From Nitrospiraceae bacterium (GTDB lineage Bacteria > Nitrospirota > Nitrospiria > Nitrospirales > Nitrospiraceae): a stretch of 64,000 nt of DNA. Under the pieces are notes generated by a model, which was given only the letters and a program-made list of their open reading frames with translations, was not told the DNA's origin and ran no database searches. The stretch spans positions 184 to 64,183 of the forward strand of contig JBDSDL010000084.1 of the NCBI GenBank assembly GCA_039920585.1, written 5' to 3'. Shown in pieces: positions 51,181 through 59,946 of the stretch (position 1 is its first letter; each line of letters begins with the position of its first letter). Both the position numbers and the translations under genes were made by a program.

Positions 51181-52635
51181 CTAGAAGTATGTTGCCATTT
51201 GAACCAAGAAACCATTTCCATTCAGTGGGGAATTGGCATTAGTTGAGAAATCGCCTACGTTCACCAGACCTTTAGCATTTTGTTGAGTGTTAAACTGCCA
51301 GTCGAATTTGAACACTGTGTCTTCGATCGGCCTGAAGTTCAATCCGAGTGTCAGCCGCTCCAACTCTCTTCGATTCCCTGCAGTATTCGACGTGATCTGA
51401 GTGCGGTTGTCGGTGTCGGTGTCCACCTGCTCCCAGCGCACAACCGCGGTGAAGGTCGAGGCATGCGTGAAGTGGCTTGGCGCCCATTTTTTCAGGAACT
51501 CCGGCATGAAATGATAGTTGCCCTGAATGTAGTAGCCTTGCATGCCGGCCGGACCGATCCCACTTCCCGTGACGCCGGTCGCATCGTTGTTGCTGATTCG
51601 CGACCAGGCCGACTCTCCAATGATTTCAAATGGGCCTCGCTGCAGAGTCCAGTCGAGCGCGAATATGCTGATGCGTCCGGTCCCGACTGATCCCGCTGAC
51701 GGTTTGTATGTGCCATGAAAACCAGACCCCGCGACTTCGATCCCCAGCATGGGACTGAGGGCGACGCGGCCCACAACGGCCTTGTTATCGTCACGGTCCC
51801 TGGACACGCTGCCTCGCGCGCTTCGCACTCCCAAGTCGGTGATGCCGCCTGCAGTTTGGCTCATGCCGTTGACCGCGTAGACTTCATAGTCCAGCTTGGA
51901 CTGGGAGGAAGGATAGAGGCTGCCGTAGATGCCGGCCCCTGCTTCAAACCAGGTGCTGGGGATGATAATCCTGGATACCATCGGTCGATCGACCAAGTCA
52001 TTCAACGGCGAGTCGTGCAGTAAGTTGAACTTGCCGACCGGCATCAGGAGGAGACCAGCACGTGTGTTGATAGCCTCTTTGACCAGGTAGTCGATTTGTG
52101 CGAACTCAATGGTCATGGAGCCATCACCTTGTGCAGCATTGGTCCCGCCCCGCTCGAACTCAAGTTCCGCTGCGAATTTGATGCGGTCGGTGATGTCCGC
52201 ATAGATAAAGGGCACCAATCGTTGTTGACCGAATGAGTGACGGCTTGGGTTGTCCAGGTTTTGGCGAGAGAGATTGTTATACATCACGTCGACATAACCG
52301 CCGACGATGGCCTTCGGCGCGCTCAAGAAGGGCTTAGCGTAGATCAGTTTTCCTGACCCTGTCGACCCGAAACCTAGGGGGATCGCTTCCTCTCCTTTTC
52401 GCTCGGCTCTGATGTCAACTATGGGACCAATTGGAGTGGGTGTTTGTGTGGCGGCCGGAGGAGCGTCTTCTTTGCGCTCCATAGCCCCTTCGCGCTTTTC
52501 ATGTTCTTGCATTTTCTTGTTCACTGCCTCGTCGACTAGTTTCTGAATGTCCTCCGGGGTCAAGTTGTCAGCCCAAACCGAAGTAAACGGCATAGCTGCA
52601 ATCACGAGAGCCCCGAGGATTGACCGGATCTTCAT
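51181..52635 (-). CDS. Outer-membrane beta-barrel porin-like protein
   Basis: ATG 52635 after GGAGGA. Signal peptide (..FTSVWA|DN), short coiled-coil, alternating beta-strand pattern, and a C-terminal ...LVQMATYF with terminal Phe. Confidence 0.75.
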   Translation of the reverse strand: MKIRSILGALVIAAMPFTSVWADNLTPEDIQKLVDEAVNKKMQEHEKREGAMERKEDAPPAATQTPTPIGPIVDIRAERKGEEAIPLGFGSTGSGKLIYAKPFLSAPKAIVGGYVDVMYNNLSRQNLDNPSRHSFGQQRLVPFIYADITDRIKFAAELEFERGGTNAAQGDGSMTIEFAQIDYLVKEAINTRAGLLLMPVGKFNLLHDSPLNDLVDRPMVSRIIIPSTWFEAGAGIYGSLYPSSQSKLDYEVYAVNGMSQTAGGITDLGVRSARGSVSRDRDDNKAVVGRVALSPMLGIEVAGSGFHGTYKPSAGSVGTGRISIFALDWTLQRGPFEIIGESAWSRISNNDATGVTGSGIGPAGMQGYYIQGNYHFMPEFLKKWAPSHFTHASTFTAVVRWEQVDTDTDNRTQITSNTAGNRRELERLTLGLNFRPIEDTVFKFDWQFNTQQNAKGLVNVGDFSTNANSPLNGNGFLVQMATYF

Positions 52636-52771
52636 CGGTATCCTCCGTGGTGAGTGAGATGGTTGAGGTCTGACTCGGGACTCAATGGTCTCTGGCCTTC
52701 TTGAAGAAATGAATAGTCCGCACAAAGGAACTGCGTGTTGATGTTTCGAGTGCCTCCTTTCGTTTAGGGAA

Positions 52772-52951
52772 TCATGATGCAACTGAGCCCCATCCTTCGA
52801 TTGAAGAAAACGGGATGACAACAATGCGTTTACAGCGCTTGCACTTGAGCTCTAGCCCTTGTCCTCGCACTTTAGCGATCAGTTGACCGCACTCGCAGCG
52901 GGTCTCGCCGCAGTCGGCGGAGTGACTACGAGAAGATGTGGCGTTAACCAT
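52772..52951 (-). CDS. 59-aa Com-like zinc-ribbon protein (below the ORF-track size cutoff)
   Basis: Hand translation: MVNATSSRSHSADCGETRCECGQLIAKVRGQGLELKCKRCKRIVVIPFSSIEGWGSVAS. GAGGAA lies 9 nt upstream of the ATG. The segment CxC..LIAKV...LELKCKRCKRIVVI resembles phage Mu Com (C..C.KLLFKA...IEIRCPRCKR.I). Confidence 0.55.
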   Translation of the reverse strand: MVNATSSRSHSADCGETRCECGQLIAKVRGQGLELKCKRCKRIVVIPFSSIEGWGSVAS

Positions 52952-52981
52952 CGCGAGAGGTTCCTCTTTTCAAATGAAATT

Positions 52982-53022
52982 GAGAACGATTATTAATATC
53001 TCAATCGACGTTTGAAAGTCAA
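52982..53022 (-). promoter_or_regulatory. Fur box overlapping the -10 of a sigma70-like promoter for the minus-strand operon
   Basis: Minus strand reads TTGACT (53017-53022), 17 nt spacer, ATATTA (52994-52999). GATATTAATAATCGTTCTC (52982-53000) matches GATAATGATAATCATTATC at 15 of 19 positions by hand and is flanked by ATTGAGA/TCTCAAT arms. Confidence 0.7.
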
Positions 53023-53124
53023 GGCTTATCATGGCGCTCAACTCATCGAGAAAGGGATGTATTCAGCGTAGTCCTGACCTATAATTCATCGTCTCTTTGA
53101 TATAGGGGAGCGAGAGAAGACTGC

Positions 53125-54159
53125 ATGCATTCCAACCTGCTCAATCATTTATTTCGTATCCAGACATGCTTCCTGACGCTGTTGTGTACCGTCTTCGCTG
53201 GCTGTGTGGGGGTACCCCCTGCCCAGGAGCGGGCCGTCGTCACCAGAGTCCAGATGCAGATGGGCACGCTAGTCAAGATTACGGTGGTGGCGAGGAGTGA
53301 GTCTTTCGCGCAAGCTGCGGCCACCGCAGGATTTGCTGAGATCCGTCGTCTGGAAGAGCTTATGAGCACCTGGATTCCGACGAGCGAACTTTCTCGCGTG
53401 AATACCTCGGCGGGCGTAATGCCGGTCTCTGTGAGTCCTGAAACGATGACGGTTGTCCAAGGTTCGATTCAGGTTGCGGAGATGACTTATGGTGGATTCA
53501 ATATTGCCATTGGCCCAGCGGTGGATGCCTGGAATGTGATTGAAGGTAGACGAATACCGACAGAATCTGAGCTGGCAGCTCTCCGTCCCTTGGTCGATCT
53601 GAAGTCGGTTCATGTTGATGTGGGGGAGCGAACAATCTTTCTTGGGAAAGCAGGGATGCGGATTGATGTAGGGGGAATCGGCAAAGGTTACGCTGCGGAT
53701 CAAGCGGTGATGGCGATGAAGAAAGCCGGAGCGTCAGCTGGAGTCGTGGCTCTCTCCGGGGATATCAAAACATTCGGACAGTTGCCGGGAGGGAGGAAAT
53801 TTCCTGTCGGTATTCAGCATCCGCGCAAAGAGGGAGAGGTGCTTGTCTTCATCGACTTGGAAGATGAGGCGATCTCAACGGCCGGTGACTACGAACGATT
53901 TTTCGAGCGCGATGGCGTTCGGTATCATCATATTCTTGACCCGAAGACGCTTCAACCTGCGCGCGGTTGCCAGGCTGTCACGGTGGTTGCCCGTGAAGGC
54001 ATCTGGGCAGATGGGTTGGACACAGGGATATTTGTGATGGGCGCTGAATCGGGAATGCAACTTGTCGAAGCATTGCCGGATGTGGAGGCCATCATCGTAG
54101 ACCATGAAGGTTCGGTCCACGTATCCTCGGGGTTACGGAATCGGATCCGAAAACCGTGA
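53125..54159 (+). CDS. apbE: FAD:protein FMN transferase (ApbE), lipoprotein
   Basis: 344 aa, lipobox VFAGC. ApbE-like motifs (MGT.V.I, GGIGKGYAAD, ISTAGDYERFF..DG.RYHHILDP). Confidence 0.9.
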   Translation: MHSNLLNHLFRIQTCFLTLLCTVFAGCVGVPPAQERAVVTRVQMQMGTLVKITVVARSESFAQAAATAGFAEIRRLEELMSTWIPTSELSRVNTSAGVMPVSVSPETMTVVQGSIQVAEMTYGGFNIAIGPAVDAWNVIEGRRIPTESELAALRPLVDLKSVHVDVGERTIFLGKAGMRIDVGGIGKGYAADQAVMAMKKAGASAGVVALSGDIKTFGQLPGGRKFPVGIQHPRKEGEVLVFIDLEDEAISTAGDYERFFERDGVRYHHILDPKTLQPARGCQAVTVVAREGIWADGLDTGIFVMGAESGMQLVEALPDVEAIIVDHEGSVHVSSGLRNRIRKP

Positions 54160-54168
54160 AGCAGAAGG

Positions 54169-55092
54169 TTATCGGTCCAACCGATAACTCATGGGAATCT
54201 TAATCGTCATGCGTGGCTGCCCTAACGGACGAGGCAAGTGGAAGGGGGCGGCCTGCCGCAGGGTTTCAATCGCAGCTTTGTCGAGGCCGGGGTGTCCCGA
54301 ACTCTGAAAAACCTCCACTTCACCGATGCTCCCATCCTCGTCGATCATGGCTCTCACTACGACTTTCCCCTCGGCTCGATCCACCCGAGCCGAGGCGGGG
54401 TAGCGTTTGAGTTCTTCCACGCGACGTAAAATCGCTTCAGAGAGCCACCCGTAGTCGCGTTTCGTCGGCGCGTTCGATGGTGCCGGGGAAATAGCGGCCA
54501 TCTGCATTAGTGCCGGAGGCTGATCAGATTGTGCGGTGTGTCCGGGGATCGCAGACTGCGCGCTCAAGGGCGCCACCTGGGCATCAGATTCCGCAGAGAC
54601 TACTGTCGGCGCGTTGGCTGGTTTCACAGTAGTTGTAGGCTCGGCGGCCATCGGCGTCACAGTCTCAGGCCTGATGAATTCGTCCGGTTGTGCTGTGGGA
54701 GCTGTTGGCTGAGGTGGAGGAGGTTCAGTGACCACCGGAGTATCGGTCCGCCCAGAAATCGATGGAGTCGTCTGTTGCGCAATCGGCTGGGGCGCTGGAA
54801 GCATCTCTGCCGACGCAGGCTGCTGTGGGGAGGGATAGGGAGCCGATGTCGTTGACGGTATGGATCGAGACGGTGTTTGGTTTGGGGATGATGCCGTTAG
54901 TTGAGCTGGCTGACTCGGCGAGACCATGGCGACATTCCACTTGAACGCTTCGTCCTGCGGCGCGAGTTGAATTTGCTTCACAGTGAGGATCGCTGTGAGG
55001 GCCACGGTACTGTGCAAGAGGATGGAGACGAGCCAGCCTTGGACGTGCGCTTCTTTCTGGCCTCCGAGGCGATGCGGCCCAGCAGCGATCAT
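54169..55092 (-). CDS. tonB: Energy transducer TonB
   Basis: N-terminal TM (SILLHS), a long Pro-rich spacer, and a C-terminal TonB domain (YPASARVDRAEGKVVV...). ATGA overlap with exbD. Confidence 0.88.
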   Translation of the reverse strand: MIAAGPHRLGGQKEAHVQGWLVSILLHSTVALTAILTVKQIQLAPQDEAFKWNVAMVSPSQPAQLTASSPNQTPSRSIPSTTSAPYPSPQQPASAEMLPAPQPIAQQTTPSISGRTDTPVVTEPPPPQPTAPTAQPDEFIRPETVTPMAAEPTTTVKPANAPTVVSAESDAQVAPLSAQSAIPGHTAQSDQPPALMQMAAISPAPSNAPTKRDYGWLSEAILRRVEELKRYPASARVDRAEGKVVVRAMIDEDGSIGEVEVFQSSGHPGLDKAAIETLRQAAPFHLPRPLGQPRMTIKIPMSYRLDR

Positions 55093-55463
55093 AGTCGAAT
55101 GACCTCCAGGCTGACTTGTTGAAATCCCAACCCGCGCACTTCATCGACCACCGAAACGAATCGTTCCAGCAAGGTGACTTTATCCGCCCGCACGATCACC
55201 GACGATGCTCGAGGTTCCGCAGCCAGTGCTCCTTGGAGCCCTCCTTCGGGAACGGTTCGGTTGTTGAGAAAGAGCGCGCCGTCGGCAGTCAGGGTGATGA
55301 CGATGGGCGCTTCTTTACGATTGCCGACTTCCTTCGCTTGTGCCAAATTGACCGGAATCTGTCCGCTGCTGATAAAGGTGGCGGTGGTCAGCACGATGAC
55401 CAACAGGACCAGCATGACGTCCACGAGGGGGATGACGTTGATTTGGTCAATGTCCCGCTGCAT
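55089..55463 (-). CDS. exbD: Biopolymer transport protein ExbD/TolR
   Basis: 124 aa, INVIPLVDVMLVLLVIVL N-terminal TM typical of ExbD. Confidence 0.9.
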   Translation of the reverse strand: MQRDIDQINVIPLVDVMLVLLVIVLTTATFISSGQIPVNLAQAKEVGNRKEAPIVITLTADGALFLNNRTVPEGGLQGALAAEPRASSVIVRADKVTLLERFVSVVDEVRGLGFQQVSLEVIRL

Positions 55464-55878
55464 GCTGCTCCTTGTGTCGGGCCAGGAGTTCCGCCACCTT
55501 CCGCCGGAGTACGTTGTTCATGACGACGCAGGGAATGGCAACCATCAGTCCGACCGCCGTGGCTTTCAGCGCAAGGCTGAGCCCGATCATGATGGCATTG
55601 ACGGCCATGGTACCAGAGGTTCCCATCGTATGGAAGGTGAGCATGATACCGAGCACAGTGCCCAGCAACCCGATATACGGAGCATTTGCGGCCACCGTGC
55701 CGATGATGACCAGGTGTTTGGTCAAAGCCATCTCCAATCCCAGACTGTTGGGATATTGAGCAAGATCGACACGGCGGTAAAAGAGCCACCGCTCCACCGC
55801 GATGGCGACCGTCCAGACGCTGAGCACTATGAGGAGCCCGATGACTCCATAATCGACTAGGTCTTGCAGCGCGTTCAT
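55447..55878 (-). CDS. exbB: MotA/TolQ/ExbB proton channel protein
   Basis: 143 aa, three TM segments. APYIGLLGTVLGIM motif. Confidence 0.9.
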   Translation of the reverse strand: MNALQDLVDYGVIGLLIVLSVWTVAIAVERWLFYRRVDLAQYPNSLGLEMALTKHLVIIGTVAANAPYIGLLGTVLGIMLTFHTMGTSGTMAVNAIMIGLSLALKATAVGLMVAIPCVVMNNVLRRKVAELLARHKEQHAAGH

Positions 55879-56007
55879 AGGCGAGGCCTCAGTTTCTTAG
55901 TAATTCACAGACCGGTAGGCTAAGGACCGTCGTGAGGGTCTATCAATGCCAGATCGTGAAAAAGCCTGTCAATGCTTTCGTGCGATCGGTCGAACCGCCT
56001 GCCTGAC

Positions 56008-57189
56008 TTACCCGGTGGATTCCTCTCGCCGAAAGAGCACCGTATGGGTAGCCAAGACACGGAGTTCCACCGTTGTGCCTGCCTGATAGACGCTCGTGGA
56101 GCCCTGACTACTATGAACGATCTGACCGGAGGGGAGGCTGACCGTGTACAGATTCTCCGATCCATGGAATTGGCGAGAAAGGACGCGCGAGCGGGCACCC
56201 TCCATGGGAACGAGATGAATGTCGTCCGGTCGAATCATGACGACCACGGCGGTGCCGTCTTTGCAGTCGATCGTATCGGGGAACTCTCCCAGTTCGGTGT
56301 GGACCATGCCGTGGGACACGGTTCCAGGAATAAAGTCTGCCTGACCAACAAAATCGGCCACGAAGGGCGTGGCCGGCATGTGGTACATCATTTCCGGCGT
56401 ATCGAATTGTTCCAAGCGGCCCTGGTTGAGCACAGCAATTCGGTCGGCCATGGCAAAGGCTTCGTCATGATCGTGCGTGACAAGCACGGTCGTGGTCTTC
56501 GTCCGGCGTAACAGGTCGTGCAACTCTTGGCGCATGCGTCCGGCCATGTCAGGGTCCAAATTGCTGAACGGCTCATCAAGCAGCAGCACGACGGGATGTT
56601 GAACGAGGGCGCGAGCCAGCGCGACCCGCTGTTGTTGGCCACCCGATAATTCGTGCGGGTACCGCCGTTCGAATCCCTCCAGTCCTGTGAGGCGCAGCAT
56701 CTCCTGGACACGCTCGGAGCGAACGCTTCGAGCGAGGTGGCGGAGGCCGAAGGCAATGTTATCCTGTACGCGCAGGTGGGGAAATAGCGCATATTCTTGA
56801 AAGACCATCCCGACGCGCCTGTTCTCTGTAGGGGTCATCATGTCCGGTGACGACACGAGTTGGCCGGATAAGAAAATCTGGCCGGAGCGAACCGGCTCAA
56901 ATCCGGCGATCGCCCGCAGAATCGTCGTTTTTCCGCATCCAGAGGGGCCGAGCAGGCAGAGAATTTCCCCCTCCCTTGCCGCGAACGAGATTTCCTGGAC
57001 CGCGGGGCGTCCGGTTTCATAGGCGCAGGAAACATAGCGTAGCTCCAGGACCGAGGAGGCTGGTGTAAAGAGGTTACCCTGGAATGTGTTCTCTCCAGAT
57101 GGGCGTGGCGCAGTGGAGTGGTCTGAGATCACAGAGTCACGATCCTTCCTCTTGCAGACTGAGGTCGAGCAAGGTTGAGTGAAGACCAA
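56008..57189 (-). CDS. fbpC: Iron(III)-type ABC transporter ATP-binding protein (FbpC/AfuC-like)
   Basis: Walker A GPSGCGKTT, signature LSGGQQQRVALARAL, Walker B LLLDEP, and a C-terminal TOBE-like region. The N-terminal roughly 50 aa (TTG start) is doubtful. Confidence 0.88.
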   Translation of the reverse strand: MVFTQPCSTSVCKRKDRDSVISDHSTAPRPSGENTFQGNLFTPASSVLELRYVSCAYETGRPAVQEISFAAREGEILCLLGPSGCGKTTILRAIAGFEPVRSGQIFLSGQLVSSPDMMTPTENRRVGMVFQEYALFPHLRVQDNIAFGLRHLARSVRSERVQEMLRLTGLEGFERRYPHELSGGQQQRVALARALVQHPVVLLLDEPFSNLDPDMAGRMRQELHDLLRRTKTTTVLVTHDHDEAFAMADRIAVLNQGRLEQFDTPEMMYHMPATPFVADFVGQADFIPGTVSHGMVHTELGEFPDTIDCKDGTAVVVMIRPDDIHLVPMEGARSRVLSRQFHGSENLYTVSLPSGQIVHSSQGSTSVYQAGTTVELRVLATHTVLFRREESTG

Positions 57190-57233
57190 ATTTTCTTCAT
57201 CGGAGCCTCAACCGTAGTCTCCAATGATACGGG

Positions 57234-58817
57234 CTACGCTGCGCGCCAATCTTTCGAGACCAACAAAGCCAGTGCCGGGAGACTGAGTAAGACAATGAGG
57301 AGCGCGGAGGGGGCGGCGAGTTGATAATATTCCTCGCTCGCTTCCATCCAGACACGAATGGCCAGAGTGTCGAATCCTACCGGCCGCAACAAGAGCGTCG
57401 CAGGGAGTTCCTTCATCGTCTGTAGAAATATTAAAACCCAAGCTACGACAAATCCGTTCCGAATGAGTGGCAATGTGACCTGTCGCCATGTGTCACGCAT
57501 TCCAAGGCCCAGTGTGCGCGCAACCTCTTCCAGATTCGGCGACATATGCTGGAGCGCCGGCTCTAGAGACTGGAGCCCGGCTGGGAGAAAATGGATCACG
57601 TAGGCCACGATGAGGATCAGTACTGAGCCGTAGAATACAGGGGCCAGCTTGGTAAAGAGGACAAGGACGGCCAGCGCTGCCACCGGTCCTGGGAGCACAT
57701 AGCCGGCATAGGCGGCTTGAAGGCAACCCAGATTCAGCACAGTCGGGCGGCGGCTGGCCAGGTAGGCAAGCGGCAAGCCGATCAATACGCCTCCAGTGGC
57801 AGCACAGGCAGCCAGGATGCCGCTGTTCCAGACGAACCCGAAGAATCGGCTGTCGAGTGTCGCCTGAGCCTCTGGCGACAGGCTCCAGTGAATCAACAGC
57901 AAGGTTGGGAGCGCGAAGGCTGTACCAATGATCAGCCCGAGATAGCCGGTGATGGCGGCGGTGCCGAGCCAGCCATATTGACGCCGTTGAGGAGCTCGGT
58001 AGCGGCCGGTGGTCTGATAAAACCGGCTCCGTTGTCGGAACCACCGTTCAGTAATGAGAAAAACCAGCGCGAGCACGACCAGTAAGAGGCTCAAGATACT
58101 TGCCGCAGTATTGTCGGATCGTCCGGTCATCTGTTGGAATACGGCGTAGGTGAGTGTTTGGTAGCGAAGCAATGATACCGCGCCGAAATCCGACACGACA
58201 TATAAGATAACGAGCGCAACCCCGGCGGCAATCGAGGGGCGCATCAGCGGCAGCGTCACGCGCCAGAGAGTCGAGAGACGGGAAACGCCACTGGCCCGTG
58301 CCACCTCCTCGAACGACACGTTCATGCTGAGAAGCGCACTCCGGCTGAGGAGATAGACGAAGGGAAAGGTATCCAATGCCATCACGAGCGTCGCGCCCCA
58401 ATAACTATGGGGAGAAAAGATTCTGGCCTGAGGACCAGCCACGAGTTGCCAAAGATGTTCGACAGGGCCGCCAAATCCCAAGAGGTAGGAATACACATAG
58501 GCCAGCACGTAGGTCGGCATTGCCAATGGAAGGACTAAGGCGCCTTCCCACAGTCTGCGACCGGGAAACTCTACACGTGTCACCAGCCAGGCAGTCGAGA
58601 CGCCCAGGACTAGCGTGATGACCGACACGCTGCCGGCCAGCGAGACGGTGTTGAACAGCAGCTCGGGAATACGAGTCGCCCACAAACGGCTCCAGACGGC
58701 CGGATCGGCTGAGAGGGCTTGTGCGGTGACATAGCCGAGTGGGAGCAGGATAATTCCGGCAGTCGCCAAGGCAACGAGTTGCAGTGGCGAAGCAAGTTGG
58801 TGGCGACTCGTGTTCAC
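57234..58817 (-). CDS. fbpB: Iron(III) ABC transporter permease, fused double domain (FbpB/AfuB-like)
   Basis: 527 aa, about 12 TM segments, and two EAA-loop regions (EEVARASGVSRL..., EEVARTLGLGMR...). Confidence 0.88.
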   Translation of the reverse strand: MNTSRHQLASPLQLVALATAGIILLPLGYVTAQALSADPAVWSRLWATRIPELLFNTVSLAGSVSVITLVLGVSTAWLVTRVEFPGRRLWEGALVLPLAMPTYVLAYVYSYLLGFGGPVEHLWQLVAGPQARIFSPHSYWGATLVMALDTFPFVYLLSRSALLSMNVSFEEVARASGVSRLSTLWRVTLPLMRPSIAAGVALVILYVVSDFGAVSLLRYQTLTYAVFQQMTGRSDNTAASILSLLLVVLALVFLITERWFRQRSRFYQTTGRYRAPQRRQYGWLGTAAITGYLGLIIGTAFALPTLLLIHWSLSPEAQATLDSRFFGFVWNSGILAACAATGGVLIGLPLAYLASRRPTVLNLGCLQAAYAGYVLPGPVAALAVLVLFTKLAPVFYGSVLILIVAYVIHFLPAGLQSLEPALQHMSPNLEEVARTLGLGMRDTWRQVTLPLIRNGFVVAWVLIFLQTMKELPATLLLRPVGFDTLAIRVWMEASEEYYQLAAPSALLIVLLSLPALALLVSKDWRAA

Positions 58818-58833
58818 GATGGGTCCCTTCGAG

Positions 58834-59874
58834 TTACCGGAGACCCACTTGTTCGATCAGGGTGAGCGTCGGTTCGCGCAGTTCGGCGAGTTTGGAGAGA
58901 GGGACCAGCGCCGCACGGAAACTCTTTCGGTCTACCAGCGCCGGGTCTGCCTTCACGTCTTGGTGGAGAGGATACTCTTTGTCGAGATCTGCAAATAGCT
59001 TTTGCCCCGCTTGAGCGACTAAGAACTCTACGAGCAGCTTGGCGCTGTCGAGGCGCTTGGTCGACTTGATGACGCCGACCCCGGCGACGTTCATGATCGC
59101 TCCCATGCCGCCCTCTTGCTGGTCAGGCATCACTACTGCGATCGGCGTCCCCGGCTGAGCGGAAAGATGACGGTACACGTAGTAGTGATTCACGATACCC
59201 AGGGCGACTTGTCCCTTGGCGACGGCATCCACGATCTGCGAGCTTTTCTGGTAGACCTGGTTGTCCGCATTGGTCTTGAGGCCTTGCAGGAACTGCTTGG
59301 TCTTCTCCTCGCCGTAAGTGGCGCGGATGACCGACACGCCCGCTTGCAGATACTCGCTGCCGGAATTCGGAATTGCAATCTTGTCTTTCCACTTTGGATC
59401 AGCAAGATCGAGAAGCGACTTGACTTGGTCCGGCTTCACCATTGTGGTGTTATACACCACAATCCAGAATCGACCGGAGAGTCCCACCCAGGCATTATCC
59501 GACGCACGAAACTGCGACGGAATGGCTCGTTCGACTTCCCGCATATTCAACGGGTGGAGGAGCCCAGCTGTCCGGGCCAGCTCCAAACTGCCGGCATCAT
59601 TGGTGATCAGGAGATCTGCCGACGTGCGATCACCCTCAGCCTTCAGCCGATTGACCAATTCCGTCGTGCCTGACGACAACAGCTCTATTTGAATGCCGGT
59701 ATTAGCCGTGAAGGCATCGAGTACCGGCTTGATGAGCCGCTCCGAGCGACCGGAGTAAATTGTGAGTGAATCGGCGGCAGAGGCGGAGGGCGCGAAGATC
59801 CCTGCCGCAAAGAGTAGAAGAAAACTTGCGAGGATCGCTCGGGACAACGTCGGAAGAGAATATACGAATGACAT
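58834..59874 (-). CDS. fbpA: Periplasmic iron(III)-binding protein (FbpA/AfuA-like)
   Basis: ATG 59874 after GAGGGG. Signal peptide ..APSASA|AD, then LTIYSGRSERLIKPVLDAFTANTGIQIE typical of FbpA. Confidence 0.85.
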   Translation of the reverse strand: MSFVYSLPTLSRAILASFLLLFAAGIFAPSASAADSLTIYSGRSERLIKPVLDAFTANTGIQIELLSSGTTELVNRLKAEGDRTSADLLITNDAGSLELARTAGLLHPLNMREVERAIPSQFRASDNAWVGLSGRFWIVVYNTTMVKPDQVKSLLDLADPKWKDKIAIPNSGSEYLQAGVSVIRATYGEEKTKQFLQGLKTNADNQVYQKSSQIVDAVAKGQVALGIVNHYYVYRHLSAQPGTPIAVVMPDQQEGGMGAIMNVAGVGVIKSTKRLDSAKLLVEFLVAQAGQKLFADLDKEYPLHQDVKADPALVDRKSFRAALVPLSKLAELREPTLTLIEQVGLR

Positions 59875-59917
59875 GGGAGTGCCCCTCATGGAATTGAAAT
59901 TGATAAACTGTCTCAAA

Positions 59918-59946
59918 ATGATACTAAAAAAAAGTTGGTACGTCAA
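59918..59946 (-). promoter_or_regulatory. Sigma70-like promoter candidate for fbpABC, with the -35 overlapping the fur stop codon
   Basis: Minus strand reads TTGACG (59941-59946), 17 nt spacer, TATCAT (59918-59923). Downstream TTTGAGACAGTTTATCAAT contains TGATAA and AATGATA half-sites (weak Fur-like operator, 11 of 19 by hand). Confidence 0.4.

Noticed and set aside
52636-52824. 63-codon N-terminal extension of the porin ORF.
   Set aside because: ATG 52635 has a GGAGGA SD and is followed by a signal peptide. The extension overlaps the better-supported Com-like small ORF in another frame.
55879-56007. Fur box or promoter upstream of exbB (direct repeat TCAATGC x2, TTGACA on the minus strand).
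   Set aside because: There is no acceptable -10 at the proper spacing and no Fur-consensus match better than chance by eye. It is left unannotated.
59875-59946. N-terminal extension of FbpA (MTYQLFFSIILRQFINFNSMRGTP).
   Set aside because: It would overlap the fur stop and the promoter-like sequence. ATG 59874 has an SD and starts a proper signal peptide.
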